Assembly (NCBI GenBank): GCA_000999095.1
Contig: LCFP01000004.1
Coordinates: 80,930-144,929 of the forward strand
DNA: 64,000 nt
Direction of reading: 5' to 3'
DNA from: Candidatus Gottesmanbacteria bacterium GW2011_GWA2_43_14
GTDB taxonomy: Bacteria > Patescibacteriota > Microgenomatia > 2-02-FULL-39-11
Part shown: positions 9,187 to 19,345 of the stretch, piece by piece
How positions within the stretch are numbered: position 1 is the stretch's first letter
How the letters are laid out: every line of letters begins with the position of its first letter
The notes under the pieces: generated by a model
Databases searched by the model: none
The model's input: only the letters and a program-made list of their open reading frames with translations
Told to the model about the DNA's origin: nothing
Translations under genes and position numbers: made by a program

Positions 9187-9882
9187 ATGAGAGGAATAGG
9201 CACGATTCTAAATATCATCACTGTTTTGATTGGCGGATCCATAGGACTTATTATCGGAAACCGGTTGCCGGAAAATATTCACCGCGCAGTGATCGGAATA
9301 ACCGGTTTTATTTCTTTGGTCATCGGTATCCAGATGGCATTGGAGTCTAAAAATATTTTAATAGTCTTAATCAGTTTGATGGTCGGTGTGGTTGCCGGCG
9401 AAATGGCTGATATTGACGGAAGGCTTAAAAAGTTCAGTGAAGCGATTGAAAAAAAATTCAGCAAGGGAGATAAGGGGAAATTCAGCAAAGCTTTTCTCAC
9501 TTCCAGTTTGGTATTTTGTGTCGGGCCTTTAACAATCTTAGGTTCGATAAAAGACGGTTTGAGCGGGGATTATAGCCTCCTTGCTTTTAAATCCGTACTC
9601 GACGGATTTACCTCAATCGCCTTTGCCGCCTCTTTGGGAGTAGGTGTTTTATTTACAGCTTTTACTATTTTAGCAGTGCAGGGAAGCTTGACGCTGTTTG
9701 CCTCGACAATAAGCGGCTTGCTGACCGAAGCTGTCATTGCGGAACTTTCAGGTGTGGGCGGAGTTATGGTTATGTCAATTGGTCTGAATATTCTGGAAAT
9801 AAAGAAATTCAAAACAGCCAATATGCTGCCGGCTCTGGTTATTGCGCCTATAATTGTGACGCTCGTGGCTACAGTTTCTTAG
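9187..9882 (+). CDS. DUF554-family (YqgA-like) membrane protein
   Basis: Polytopic membrane protein with a DUF554-like N-terminus (GTILNIITVLIGGSIGL). It is co-directional and nearly contiguous with trpA. Confidence 0.55.
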   Translation: MRGIGTILNIITVLIGGSIGLIIGNRLPENIHRAVIGITGFISLVIGIQMALESKNILIVLISLMVGVVAGEMADIDGRLKKFSEAIEKKFSKGDKGKFSKAFLTSSLVFCVGPLTILGSIKDGLSGDYSLLAFKSVLDGFTSIAFAASLGVGVLFTAFTILAVQGSLTLFASTISGLLTEAVIAELSGVGGVMVMSIGLNILEIKKFKTANMLPALVIAPIIVTLVATVS

Positions 9883-9909
9883 ACTATAATATAAAGGAAA
9901 GGGCAATAT

Positions 9910-11424
9910 ATGGATGAAACAGTCAAAAAATACATTGAAGAATTAAAACAGCTGGGTATAGATTTCAAGGTTTTGGAACATCCCCAGCTTATTTCCGTGG
10001 AAAAAGTCCAGGAATACTTAGGGTTTGGCATGAGTGATGCCGGAGCCACTCTTCTGATGAAAGCCGATGACAATTTTGTGGCTATCATAAAGCGGGGTGA
10101 CACCAAATTGGACAGCGAAAAAGTCAAAAAAAATTTGGGAGTTAAAAATCTGAGAATGGCCAATGAAACGGAATTTGCCGAAATAACCGGAGTCCCAAGC
10201 GGAGCTGCCACAGTTTATCTCAAAAATATTCCTACTTATCTCGATGAAAAAGTATTGGAAAAGGAATACATTAATGCCGGCAGCGGTTCACTCCTGGTCA
10301 CTCTGCGCTTTAAATCAGAGGATTTTAAAAAAATCCCGGGAATAAAAATTGTTGATTTGACGAAAATAGAAACCGGGAAAATTTCCGGTAAAAAGACAAT
10401 CATCGGTAAAAAAAGAATTCTTTCGGGAATTACTCCTTCGGGAGACGGAACTCTTCATATCGGCAACTATTTAGGGGCTGTCAAACAGTTTATTGATTTT
10501 GCCAAAACCCACGACTGTTTTCTGATGGTGGCGGATTTGCATGCGTTGACAACAGTTCAGGACAAGGCAACATTGCAGAAGAACACGGAAAATCTGATTC
10601 TGAACGAACTGGCTCTATTGGGGGATTTGAGCAATATCACCTTTTTCCGGCAATCGGATGTGCCGATGCATGCAGAGTTGACTTGGATCTTTAACAACGT
10701 CACCCCACTGGGCCTCCTAAAACGCGCCCACGCCTACAAAGATAAACTGCAAAAAGACGTTATGGAGGAAGAAATCAATCTCGGGTTATTCAATTACCCG
10801 ATATTGATGGCTTCGGATATTCTCCTTTACAAGCCGGACTTTGTGCCTGTTGGGCGCGACCAGAAACAGCATATCGAAATTGCCAGGGATATCGCTGAAA
10901 GATTCAATAAGACTTTTAAAAGTAAAATTTTTCCATTGCCTGAGGCGCATATACCGGAAGAAGTTGCCGTGGTTATGGGTACTGACGGCAATAGAAAAAT
11001 GAGTAAATCGCTGGGCAACATCATCGGTATTTTTGACGATAGCGCGGTGATAAAAAAGCAGGTAATGTCGACTTATACCGATCCCACCCGGATTCATGCG
11101 GATGACCCGGGGCACATCGAAGGGAATATGGTCTTTACTTACCTTGATTTTTTCGGCGATAAAGGGAAGGTGGCGGAATATAAGGAAAAGTACAAACAGG
11201 GGAAAGTCCCTGATGTTGAAGTTAAAAACTATCTGTTCGAGACTTTGTTGAAATATTTCGCTCCGGCCAGGCAGCTTTACCGGGAGTTGAAGAGTAATCC
11301 TGTCAAAGTCAAAAAAATACTGAAAGAGGGAGCGGAAAAAGCCAGGGAAGTTGCCGGATCAACCATGACCGAAGTCCGGAATGCAACCGGTCTAACAAAC
11401 TCATATTCCTTCTTTGAGTATTAA
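9910..11424 (+). CDS. trpS: tryptophanyl-tRNA synthetase with an N-terminal YbaK/ProX-type deacylase domain (fusion)
   Basis: The C-terminal roughly 340 aa form a class I aaRS with HIGH (TLHIGN) and KMSKS motifs and a TrpRS-like SGITPSG start. The N-terminal roughly 165 aa are a clear YbaK/ProX aminoacyl-tRNA trans-editing fold (DDNFVAIIKRGDTKLDSEKV...NAGSGSLLVTL). Confidence 0.85.
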   Translation: MDETVKKYIEELKQLGIDFKVLEHPQLISVEKVQEYLGFGMSDAGATLLMKADDNFVAIIKRGDTKLDSEKVKKNLGVKNLRMANETEFAEITGVPSGAATVYLKNIPTYLDEKVLEKEYINAGSGSLLVTLRFKSEDFKKIPGIKIVDLTKIETGKISGKKTIIGKKRILSGITPSGDGTLHIGNYLGAVKQFIDFAKTHDCFLMVADLHALTTVQDKATLQKNTENLILNELALLGDLSNITFFRQSDVPMHAELTWIFNNVTPLGLLKRAHAYKDKLQKDVMEEEINLGLFNYPILMASDILLYKPDFVPVGRDQKQHIEIARDIAERFNKTFKSKIFPLPEAHIPEEVAVVMGTDGNRKMSKSLGNIIGIFDDSAVIKKQVMSTYTDPTRIHADDPGHIEGNMVFTYLDFFGDKGKVAEYKEKYKQGKVPDVEVKNYLFETLLKYFAPARQLYRELKSNPVKVKKILKEGAEKAREVAGSTMTEVRNATGLTNSYSFFEY

Positions 11425-11496
11425 CACTCATATTTAGGCAGTGCGATAATATCCTGTTGTTTTAGCCTCGATTTTGAGGTATAATTGCAGTCTTAA

Positions 11497-11832
11497 ATGA
11501 AAGCAGATATTCCTTTTGTGGACTTCCAAAAACTCGATCTCAGGGTGGGCAAAGTTCTTTCCGCCGAAGCGGTTGCAGGATCAACCAATTTATTGCGACT
11601 TAAAGTAAACCTGGGCAATGACCACGGGGTCAGGATTATTATTTCCGGCATTGCCAGATGGTATACTCCGGCTACACTAAAGGGAAAAAAGTTTGTTTTC
11701 GTCACTAATCTGGAACCCAAGAAATTAATGGGGGATGAAAGCCGGGGCATGATACTTTGTGCTGATTACGATCACAAGGCAGTTGTTGTTCCCGTTAACA
11801 AAAAGATCCCCGAAGGGACGATCATCAGATAA
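11497..11832 (+). CDS. tRNA-binding domain protein (Trbp111/CsaA-like, EMAP/OB fold)
   Basis: LDLRVGKVLSAEAV...L.V.LG......I.SG motif typical of Trbp111/MetRS-C tRNA-binding domains. A -35 TTGTTT / -10 TATAAT-like promoter lies at 11457..11485. Confidence 0.75.
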   Translation: MKADIPFVDFQKLDLRVGKVLSAEAVAGSTNLLRLKVNLGNDHGVRIIISGIARWYTPATLKGKKFVFVTNLEPKKLMGDESRGMILCADYDHKAVVVPVNKKIPEGTIIR

Positions 11833-11833
11833 A

Positions 11834-13726
11834 ATGGCCGCCAACAGCAAACATCAATCTAATAATAAACACTCAAAGGGTAAGAAAGGCAAAAAGATTT
11901 TTGAGTTTAAACTTAATCTGACGCCGAAAAATTTCTTCCTCTGGTCGATTGTCCTTTTAATAATATTTTTCATTTTCTTTTCCGCCCGGGACATCTCCAA
12001 TCTCTTTCCGGAAAAATCCCTGACGGCACTTATCGGTGATATTAAAAACGACAAGGTGGAAAAGGTTGAGGTCGTCGGAGACAAGATATTGTCAACTTAT
12101 GAAGACGGTAAAGTTTATTCAACAATAAAGGAAAGCCAGGATTCCCTTTATACCATCCTTTCAGATGCAGAGGTTGATCCGTCAAAAGTTGAAGTCGAGA
12201 TCAAAGATACGACCGGGGGAACTGTCTGGTTTAACATCCTCTCCAATGTTCTGCCGCTACTTTTGATGGTCGGTTTCTTTTTGTTTCTGTTAAGGCAGGC
12301 CAGGGGAGCCCAGGATTCCATTTTTTCCTTCGGGCAGTCCCGGGCAAAATTGTTTTCCAAAGATAATCCCAGAGTCACTTTTGCCGACGTGGCAGGAGTG
12401 GATGAGGCCAAACAGGAACTTTCTGAAGTAGTCGATTTTCTGAAAAATCCCCAGAAATACCGGGCATTGGGAGCCAGGACACCCAAAGGATTGTTGTTAG
12501 TCGGTCCCTCCGGAACGGGTAAAACCATGCTGGCCAGGGCATTGGCCGGAGAAGCAGGTGCGCCTTTTTTCTCCATGGCCGGCAGCGAATTCATGGAAAT
12601 GCTGGTTGGCGTGGGAGCTTCCCGGGTTAGGGATCTTTTCAATACAGCCAAAAAGAACTCACCCTCAATTATTTTTATCGATGAAATCGATGCCATCGGC
12701 AGAGTCAGGTCCATAGGCGCTGTCGGGGGACATGACGAAAGGGAGCAGACTTTAAACCAGATTCTGGTTGAGATGGACGGGTTTACCCCCAATGAACACG
12801 TGGTCGTGGTTGCGGCAACAAACAGAGGCGACCTTCTGGATCCGGCTCTCTTGCGGCCGGGCAGATTTGACCGGAGGGTAGTACTAGACTTGCCGGATCT
12901 AGAGGGAAGAAAAGCCATACTTAAGATCCACGTCCGGGGAAAACCGGTCGAGGCAAATGTCGATTGGGATAAAGTTTCCAGAAGAACGGTCGGTTTCTCA
13001 GGAGCTGATTTGGAGAATATGCTCAACGAGGCAGCCATTTTGGCTGCGCGCAAGAACCAGAAATCCATCACTTTTGTCGATATTGAAGAAGCAGCCACGA
13101 AAGTCAAACTCGGGCCTGAGAAAAAAAGGCTGCAGAGCGAGCTTGACCGTAAAATGACAGCCTATCATGAAGCCGGCCATGCCATCGTTTCTTATGCTTT
13201 GCCCCATATGGACCCGGTACACCGCATTTCCATTGTCTCCCGCGGAATGTCTCTGGGTTTTACGCTAATTCCGCCGGCAAAAGATCGGATTCATGAGACT
13301 AAAACCCATCTTGTCGAGCAGATTACGGCCATGATGGGAGGCCGCGCTGCCGAGCAACTGATTTTTTCGGAAATGACCTCAGGCGCCTCCAATGATATCG
13401 ATAAAGCCACGGCTTTGGCCCGCAATATGGTTACCGAGTACGGCATGTCCGGGTTGGGACCGATTAATTTCGGACCAACCATGGATGTAATGGAATGGGG
13501 TGGCCGTTATGTCCACGAGTCGAAAATTTCACCGGAAATGCAAAGCCGGATTGACACGGAAGTCAAGAGTATCATTGATATTGCATACAAAAATGCGGAA
13601 GCTATTTTAAAGAAACTGAAGACCAAACTTGATGCTGTAGCCACGGAACTATTGAAAAAAGAAACTCTCGAGAGCGAGGAATTTGAAAAAATCGTCGGTC
13701 CCCGTCCGGCTTTGGCCATAGCCTAA
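11834..13726 (+). CDS. ftsH: ATP-dependent zinc metalloprotease FtsH
   Basis: Walker A (GPSGTGKT), second region of homology, and the zinc-binding HEAGH motif. Lys-rich N-terminal extension. The start is set at the ATG at 11834, after the upstream stop codon. The track ORF starting at 11759 overlaps the previous gene. Confidence 0.9.
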   Translation: MAANSKHQSNNKHSKGKKGKKIFEFKLNLTPKNFFLWSIVLLIIFFIFFSARDISNLFPEKSLTALIGDIKNDKVEKVEVVGDKILSTYEDGKVYSTIKESQDSLYTILSDAEVDPSKVEVEIKDTTGGTVWFNILSNVLPLLLMVGFFLFLLRQARGAQDSIFSFGQSRAKLFSKDNPRVTFADVAGVDEAKQELSEVVDFLKNPQKYRALGARTPKGLLLVGPSGTGKTMLARALAGEAGAPFFSMAGSEFMEMLVGVGASRVRDLFNTAKKNSPSIIFIDEIDAIGRVRSIGAVGGHDEREQTLNQILVEMDGFTPNEHVVVVAATNRGDLLDPALLRPGRFDRRVVLDLPDLEGRKAILKIHVRGKPVEANVDWDKVSRRTVGFSGADLENMLNEAAILAARKNQKSITFVDIEEAATKVKLGPEKKRLQSELDRKMTAYHEAGHAIVSYALPHMDPVHRISIVSRGMSLGFTLIPPAKDRIHETKTHLVEQITAMMGGRAAEQLIFSEMTSGASNDIDKATALARNMVTEYGMSGLGPINFGPTMDVMEWGGRYVHESKISPEMQSRIDTEVKSIIDIAYKNAEAILKKLKTKLDAVATELLKKETLESEEFEKIVGPRPALAIA

Positions 13727-13747
13727 TCATGCTAAAATTACCCCATC

Positions 13748-14695
13748 ATGAAAAGATTGGTTGTAATTGACGGTCATGCCATCCTCCACCGCGCTTACCA
13801 TGCCTTACCTCCATTAATCACCCACGACGGCAATGTTGTCAATGCTGTTTACGGATTTGCATCTATGCTTATACGGGCTATCCAGGACCTTAAACCGGAT
13901 TACCTGATGGTTGCCTTTGACCATCCCAAACCAACCTTCCGGAAAAAGCTTTTTAAGGAATACCAGTCCCAAAGGCCGCCGATGGAAACTACCCTGATTT
14001 CACAAATTGAGACGGTCAAACGGATGGTTGATCTTATGGGTATTCCTGTTTACGGGATGGACGGATTTGAAGCTGATGATGTAATTGGAACGATTGCCCG
14101 GAAAGCCGGGAATATAAAGACAGACGAAGAGGAACTGGAAACCGTCATCATTACCGGCGACCGCGATATTCTTCAGCTGGTCAATAATTGTGTGAAAGTT
14201 TATATGCCGGTCAAGGGGCTGTCGGAGTCAAAAATGTACGGCATCAGGGAAGTTGAGGAAAAATATGAGATTAAACCGCAACAGATTCCTGATTTTAAAG
14301 CCCTGGTCGGTGATGCTTCGGATAATTACCCGGGTGTTTCCGGCATCGGTCCAAAGACGGCAATTGATCTTATTAAAAAATACGGTTCAGTGGAAGCAGT
14401 TTACCGGAACTTGGAAAAAATCGGAGGCAAACTTGAGGAAAGACTGTCTGCCGGAAAAGAGTCTGCCGTACTTTCAAAAAAACTGGCCGTCATTGTCTGT
14501 GACGTGCCAATAGAAGTCAGTATAAAAGATGCTAAATTGCCTCTTTTGGACAGGCCGGCAGTTATAAGTTTTTTCGAAAAAATGGAATTTAACAGCCTGA
14601 TTTCCAGACTGACTAACCGTAATGCCGGTAAAGAGGAAAATAAAAAAATAAAAACGGAAAAACAGAATGAGGGAAAACAACAGTCTTTATTTTAA
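13748..14695 (+). CDS. 5'-3' exonuclease (Pol I N-terminal/FEN-like domain, standalone)
   Basis: MKRLVVIDGHAILHRAYHALPP...GIPV...DDVIGT... are 5'-nuclease motifs. Only 315 aa and no polymerase domain. Confidence 0.8.
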   Translation: MKRLVVIDGHAILHRAYHALPPLITHDGNVVNAVYGFASMLIRAIQDLKPDYLMVAFDHPKPTFRKKLFKEYQSQRPPMETTLISQIETVKRMVDLMGIPVYGMDGFEADDVIGTIARKAGNIKTDEEELETVIITGDRDILQLVNNCVKVYMPVKGLSESKMYGIREVEEKYEIKPQQIPDFKALVGDASDNYPGVSGIGPKTAIDLIKKYGSVEAVYRNLEKIGGKLEERLSAGKESAVLSKKLAVIVCDVPIEVSIKDAKLPLLDRPAVISFFEKMEFNSLISRLTNRNAGKEENKKIKTEKQNEGKQQSLF

Positions 14696-14701
14696 ACCTT
14701 T

Positions 14702-15826
14702 ATGAAAGTCGCACTAGTGCACGATTATCTGAAAGAGTACGGCGGCGCTGAAAAAGTATTGGAGGCTTTACATGATATTTTCCCCGAAGCTCCATTATAT
14801 ACAGCCTTTTACTTTCCCGAGTACTTGGGACCTCACCGAAAAAGATTTGAGGATTGGGATATAAGAACTTCACTTTTGCAGAATATTCCATTTGCGGAAA
14901 AATTGGTCAGCCCTTTGAGACTTTTAAGTTCGCAGGTTTTTGAGAATTGGAATTTGGACCGTTATGATTTAGTGATAGTTTCTGCAACAGGTGCTTATTT
15001 TCCCAATCTGATCAGAACAAAGCAAGGATGTCTCCATCTTTGTTACTGTCATACTCCTCCGCGTTATCTTTACGGTTACGCCACCGCCCGCAATTGGAAA
15101 AAATATTCCTGGGGAAGGGTAGCCGGTGCTTATGTCAATCACAAACTGCGCCAAAGCGATTATGTATCGGCACAAAGACCGGATTATTATATTGCAAATT
15201 CCGAAGAGGTTAAAAACCGTATCCGGAAATTTTACCGCCGGGAAGCGTCCATAATTTATCCGCCTGTGGATTTGGCTGACAGAATAAACCCGAAGTCCGA
15301 AAACCGGAATTTGAAATCAGAAGCTGAATATTTTTTGGCCGGCGGCCGTTTGGCCAGAGCTAAACACATTGACCTGATTATCGAAGTTGCCAACAAACTT
15401 GAGTTTCCCCTGAAAATATTCGGGCGCGCCTTCGCCGGTTACGGGGCGGAATTGAAAAAAACGGCCGGCCCGACGGTTGAATTTGTCGGGGAAGTTTCCG
15501 ATGAAACACTTATAGAGCTTTACAGAAAGGCAAAAGCACTTATTTTTGCTTCGGAAGATGAGGATTTCGGGATTATGCCGGTAGAAGCCCAAGCCTGCGG
15601 TACCCCTGTTGTTGCCTACAGAAGCGGAGGAGTTAAAGAATCAGTCATTGAGGGCAAAACCGGTATCTTTTTTGACAGTCTTTCATCGGCAAGTCTGACA
15701 TCTGCCGTCAAACGAATGAACAAAACCATCATAAAAGCGGTTGACTGTCAGGAAAATGCCCGCAGATTCGGTAAAATGAGATTTACAAAAGAAATTTTGC
15801 GCTTCATTAAAGAAAAACGTGCCTGA
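14702..15826 (+). CDS. glycosyltransferase family 4 (GT-B, RfaG-like)
   Basis: C-terminal EX7E-type motif region (SEDEDFGIMPVEAQACGTPVVAYRSGG). Confidence 0.75.
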   Translation: MKVALVHDYLKEYGGAEKVLEALHDIFPEAPLYTAFYFPEYLGPHRKRFEDWDIRTSLLQNIPFAEKLVSPLRLLSSQVFENWNLDRYDLVIVSATGAYFPNLIRTKQGCLHLCYCHTPPRYLYGYATARNWKKYSWGRVAGAYVNHKLRQSDYVSAQRPDYYIANSEEVKNRIRKFYRREASIIYPPVDLADRINPKSENRNLKSEAEYFLAGGRLARAKHIDLIIEVANKLEFPLKIFGRAFAGYGAELKKTAGPTVEFVGEVSDETLIELYRKAKALIFASEDEDFGIMPVEAQACGTPVVAYRSGGVKESVIEGKTGIFFDSLSSASLTSAVKRMNKTIIKAVDCQENARRFGKMRFTKEILRFIKEKRA

Positions 15827-16622
15827 ACTTCCAGAAGTCGAAACCATCCGCCTGCAGCTAAAACAATTTATTTCCGGACTATTCATTTCCAAAATCACCA
15901 TTTACAAGGAGAAATCATTTCAGGGCAATCCAAAACAGATGGAAGGCGCCACTATTAAAGATTTGAAGCGTTTTGCCAAAGTTCTCATTTTCGAAACCGA
16001 TAAAGGAAATTCCCTGGCAGTTCATCTTAAAATGACCGGCCAGTTGATTTATAAAAAACAACAGGATAAGTCAAGTCTGCCAGATAAGCACACCCGTGTC
16101 TTTTTTCAGTTTAAAGATGGAAGCAGGCTCTTTTTCAATGATGTCAGGAGATTCGGCTGGATGAGAATTATTAAAAATATTAAGGAAATTACCTATAATT
16201 TCGGGCCGGACCCGTTTAAATTAACTGCTGCTGAATTTGAAATAATACTGTCAAAATCTGCCAAACCAATCAAGCTGTTACTGATGGATCAGGAAAAAAT
16301 CGCCGGTATAGGCAATATTTATGCCAATGAGGCGCTTTTTACGGCAAAAATAAATCCCCGAACCAAAGCCAATAAACTCAGTAAAAAAAAGGCAGATAAA
16401 ATACTGGCTGCCGTTAAAGACGTACTTGGCAAGGGGATTAAATTCGGAGGAGCCTCAGATAATAATTATTTGAATGCTTACGGGGAAAAAGGGGAGATGC
16501 AGGATCATTTTATGGTCTACGGAAGGAAAGACGAGAATTGTTTAAATGACTGTCATGGCCGGATTAAGCGGATAATACTAGGCGGCCGCGGGACTTTTTT
16601 CTGCCCCGAATGCCAGAAATGA
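15819..16622 (+). CDS. mutM: formamidopyrimidine-DNA glycosylase
   Basis: N-terminal MPELPEVE catalytic Pro2/Glu3, an H2TH region, and a C-terminal zinc finger (CPECQK). Confidence 0.85.
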   Translation: MPELPEVETIRLQLKQFISGLFISKITIYKEKSFQGNPKQMEGATIKDLKRFAKVLIFETDKGNSLAVHLKMTGQLIYKKQQDKSSLPDKHTRVFFQFKDGSRLFFNDVRRFGWMRIIKNIKEITYNFGPDPFKLTAAEFEIILSKSAKPIKLLLMDQEKIAGIGNIYANEALFTAKINPRTKANKLSKKKADKILAAVKDVLGKGIKFGGASDNNYLNAYGEKGEMQDHFMVYGRKDENCLNDCHGRIKRIILGGRGTFFCPECQK

Positions 16623-16676
16623 ATATTCAGCCGTCAGAGAACTCAGCTTGAATTTCTGCTATAATTGCCTCGATAA

Positions 16677-17375
16677 ATGGATAAATCCCATCCCATCGTA
16701 ATTTCCCTCGGAGGATCCCTGGTAGTCCCGAACGGAGGGATTGACACCCGGTTTTTAAAAGAATTCAACATGTTTATCAGACAGAAAATCGCCAGGGGAT
16801 GGCGATTTTTTATAGTGGTAGGCGGAGGTGCTACAGCGCGCCATTATATCGACAGTGCCAGGGAAATTGTCGGGCAAATATCCGACTGGGATTTGGACTT
16901 TTTGGGAATCCATTCAACCCATTTGAATGCCCATATGATCAGGACAATATTCCGGGATGTGGCCCACCCGAGAGTTATCATGAATTACCAGAAAAAGATA
17001 GTTAATCTGCAGGAACCGCTGGTAATTGCCGCCGGCTGGAAACCGGGCTGCTCGACAGACTATGATGCCATGCTGCTGGTCAGGGATTACGGAGCCAATG
17101 CACTTATAAACATGTCCAATATTGACAGCGTTTACGATAAAGATCCGAAGAAATTTCCGGAAGCTCTGCCTGTAAAAAAAATAAGCTGGAGGGAATTCGA
17201 AAAAATGATTACAGGCAAATGGAGCCCGGGATTCAGTTCACCATTTGATCCGGTGGCAACCAAACTGGCGATACAACTGGATTGTTCCGTCTATGTCATC
17301 GGTAAAAATTTGGATAATTTGGGGAAACTTCTTGAAGGTAAAGATTTTGAAGGAACATTGATTGCTTCTGAATGA
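16677..17375 (+). CDS. pyrH: amino-acid-kinase-family protein, probably archaeal-type UMP kinase
   Basis: IVISLGGSLVV and FFIVVGGGATAR glycine-rich loops of the AAK fold. About 230 aa. Confidence 0.55.
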   Translation: MDKSHPIVISLGGSLVVPNGGIDTRFLKEFNMFIRQKIARGWRFFIVVGGGATARHYIDSAREIVGQISDWDLDFLGIHSTHLNAHMIRTIFRDVAHPRVIMNYQKKIVNLQEPLVIAAGWKPGCSTDYDAMLLVRDYGANALINMSNIDSVYDKDPKKFPEALPVKKISWREFEKMITGKWSPGFSSPFDPVATKLAIQLDCSVYVIGKNLDNLGKLLEGKDFEGTLIASE

Positions 17376-18445
17376 TTTTAGAACGGATCAGTCTGGAAAA
17401 TTTCCGCAGCCATACAAAAGCCGCTTTCAGCTTCACTCCTGACGTCAATTTGATTTTAGGACAGAACACTTCCGGCAAAACCAATCTGATTGAAGCCATT
17501 AATTATTTGGCCGCAGGCAGAGGATTGCGTCCCGGCCGGGATTCAGAATCCATCAACCATAAGGCTGAGATGGCCAGAATCAAAGGCATAGTGGAGGATG
17601 CTTCTGGTGAAGCCAAATCTCTGGAAGTCATAATTACCCGCGGCAGTGTCATGGAAATTAAAACCCCGATGAAAAAATACATCGTCAATGACGTATCCAG
17701 AAGAAGTACAGATTTTGCCGGCATAATCAAAACGGTGCTTTTCTGGCCGCAGAATATGGACTTGGTTACAGGTTCACCGTCTCTTCGCCGTCGTTATCTG
17801 GACGATGTTTTAACCCAGACTGACCGAGAATATCATAGGACTCTGGTCTCTTATGAGAGGGGACTTAGGCAGAGAAATAAGCTGTTGGAAGCAATTTCGG
17901 AAAACCAGGCGCACCATCACCAGCTGCTTTTTTGGAACCAATTGTTGATAAAACAGGGAAGTTACATTACAGCCCGGCGTGAAGAATTTCTGGAATTTGC
18001 CAACCGCTTTAATTTTCCCGAAGAGATTAATCCCGGAGTGTCTTACATGCTTTTTTATGATAAAAGCATCATTTCCGAAAGCAGGCTGGAACAGTATAGT
18101 GAGGCGGAAGTTGCTGCCAAAGCAACCCTGGTTGGCCCGCACCGAGATGATTTTATTTTTAAGAAGCATGAGGAGAAAGACCGCGAGCTTGTTTCATACG
18201 GTAGCCGCGGAGAGCAACGTCTGGCAATTTTATGGCTGAAACTTACGGAATATGCTTATTTGCAGGAAAAAAGCGGAGGCAGACCTTTGCTATTGCTGGA
18301 TGACATCTTTTCCGAACTGGATCATACACACAGGGAAATAATTTTTCATCTGCTTGGCAAGCAACAGACAATAATGACCATTACCGATAAACACCTGATT
18401 CCGGAAAAGTACTTCCGGCTGGCCAAAGTGATAGAATTGGATTGA
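17372..18445 (+). CDS. recF: DNA replication and repair protein RecF
   Basis: N-terminal Walker A (GQNTSGKTNLIEAI), an SMC-like signature, and a C-terminal Walker B (LLLLDD). Confidence 0.85.
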   Translation: MILERISLENFRSHTKAAFSFTPDVNLILGQNTSGKTNLIEAINYLAAGRGLRPGRDSESINHKAEMARIKGIVEDASGEAKSLEVIITRGSVMEIKTPMKKYIVNDVSRRSTDFAGIIKTVLFWPQNMDLVTGSPSLRRRYLDDVLTQTDREYHRTLVSYERGLRQRNKLLEAISENQAHHHQLLFWNQLLIKQGSYITARREEFLEFANRFNFPEEINPGVSYMLFYDKSIISESRLEQYSEAEVAAKATLVGPHRDDFIFKKHEEKDRELVSYGSRGEQRLAILWLKLTEYAYLQEKSGGRPLLLLDDIFSELDHTHREIIFHLLGKQQTIMTITDKHLIPEKYFRLAKVIELD

Positions 18446-18449
18446 TTTT

Positions 18450-19337
18450 ATGAATCAGGACATCCAAATTGCATTAAAGAAAATATATCTGCCTGCCGCC
18501 AACTCCCACAAAGGCCAAAACGGCCGTTTGCTGATAATAGGCGGTTCCAAACTGTTCCATGCGGCCTCATTGTGGGCTCTCCAGGTCGCCTCAAGAATAG
18601 TTGATCTGGTTCATTACGCTTCTGTGCCGGAAGACAACCGCTTGGTCGCCAAATTGAAGCAGGAATTCAGAAACGGCATTGTAATACCGAGAAGCGAGAT
18701 AGAAAGTTATATTGAAGAAGACGACTGCATCCTGATCGGGCCGGGAATGGTCAGAAGCGGAATTCCGGCCCAAACGGATAAAAAAATGAATTCCGTTATC
18801 GAAATTGAAAAAATGGAAGATGAAGGATTGCAGACCTATTATTTGACAAAATTCTTATTAAAAAAATATGTCCATAAGAGATGGGTGATAGATGCCGGAG
18901 CTCTGCAGATGATGGATCCGGCCTGGACACCGCCCGGGGCTATATTAACGCCCCATACCAGGGAATTTATGACCGTTTACCGTAAAACAGATCTACCGAT
19001 GCAAAAATCAACCGCAGAAAAAGTCCGCGAGTTTTCCCGGAAATATAACTGTCTGATTCTTCTGAAAGGCGGGAAAGATGAGGTTGCCTTTAATGACAGG
19101 CAAGTAACAATCGAAGGCGGCAGTGCGGGAATGACCAAAGGAGGCACGGGAGACGTATTGGCCGGTCTGGCAGCAGCCTTATACTGCAAAAATGACGCCT
19201 GGACTTCAGCTGTGGCTGCCTCTTACATAAACAAAAAAGCCGGCGAAGCTCTTGCCGGCAAAATGGGCTACTGGTTTAACGCCACCGACCTGGCCAACCA
19301 AATTCCCCAGACAATGATGAGTCTTATTTTGGGGTAA
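18450..19337 (+). CDS. nnrD: NAD(P)H-hydrate dehydratase (YjeF C-terminal/carbohydrate-kinase-like)
   Basis: GGSKLFHAASLWAL...GGTGDVLAGLAAAL is the Nnr/YjeF-C signature. Confidence 0.8.
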   Translation: MNQDIQIALKKIYLPAANSHKGQNGRLLIIGGSKLFHAASLWALQVASRIVDLVHYASVPEDNRLVAKLKQEFRNGIVIPRSEIESYIEEDDCILIGPGMVRSGIPAQTDKKMNSVIEIEKMEDEGLQTYYLTKFLLKKYVHKRWVIDAGALQMMDPAWTPPGAILTPHTREFMTVYRKTDLPMQKSTAEKVREFSRKYNCLILLKGGKDEVAFNDRQVTIEGGSAGMTKGGTGDVLAGLAAALYCKNDAWTSAVAASYINKKAGEALAGKMGYWFNATDLANQIPQTMMSLILG

Positions 19338-19345
19338 TGGATTTA

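Noticed and set aside
11759-11833. Upstream extension of the FtsH ORF that overlaps the Trbp111 gene
   Set aside because: The ATG at 11834 immediately follows the upstream stop codon and yields a normal FtsH N-terminus. The extension would overlap a well-supported gene in another frame.
12148-13107. 319-aa antisense ORF inside ftsH (and similar long antisense ORFs at 22344..22979 in the ligase gene, 5119..5595 in trpD, 55765..56490 in the CPD ATPase gene, 43660..44235 and 46048..47098 in copA and the fusion gene)
   Set aside because: All lie opposite genes with unmistakable conserved motifs. Their low-complexity Ser/Ala/Pro-rich translations are typical of antisense frames, not real proteins.
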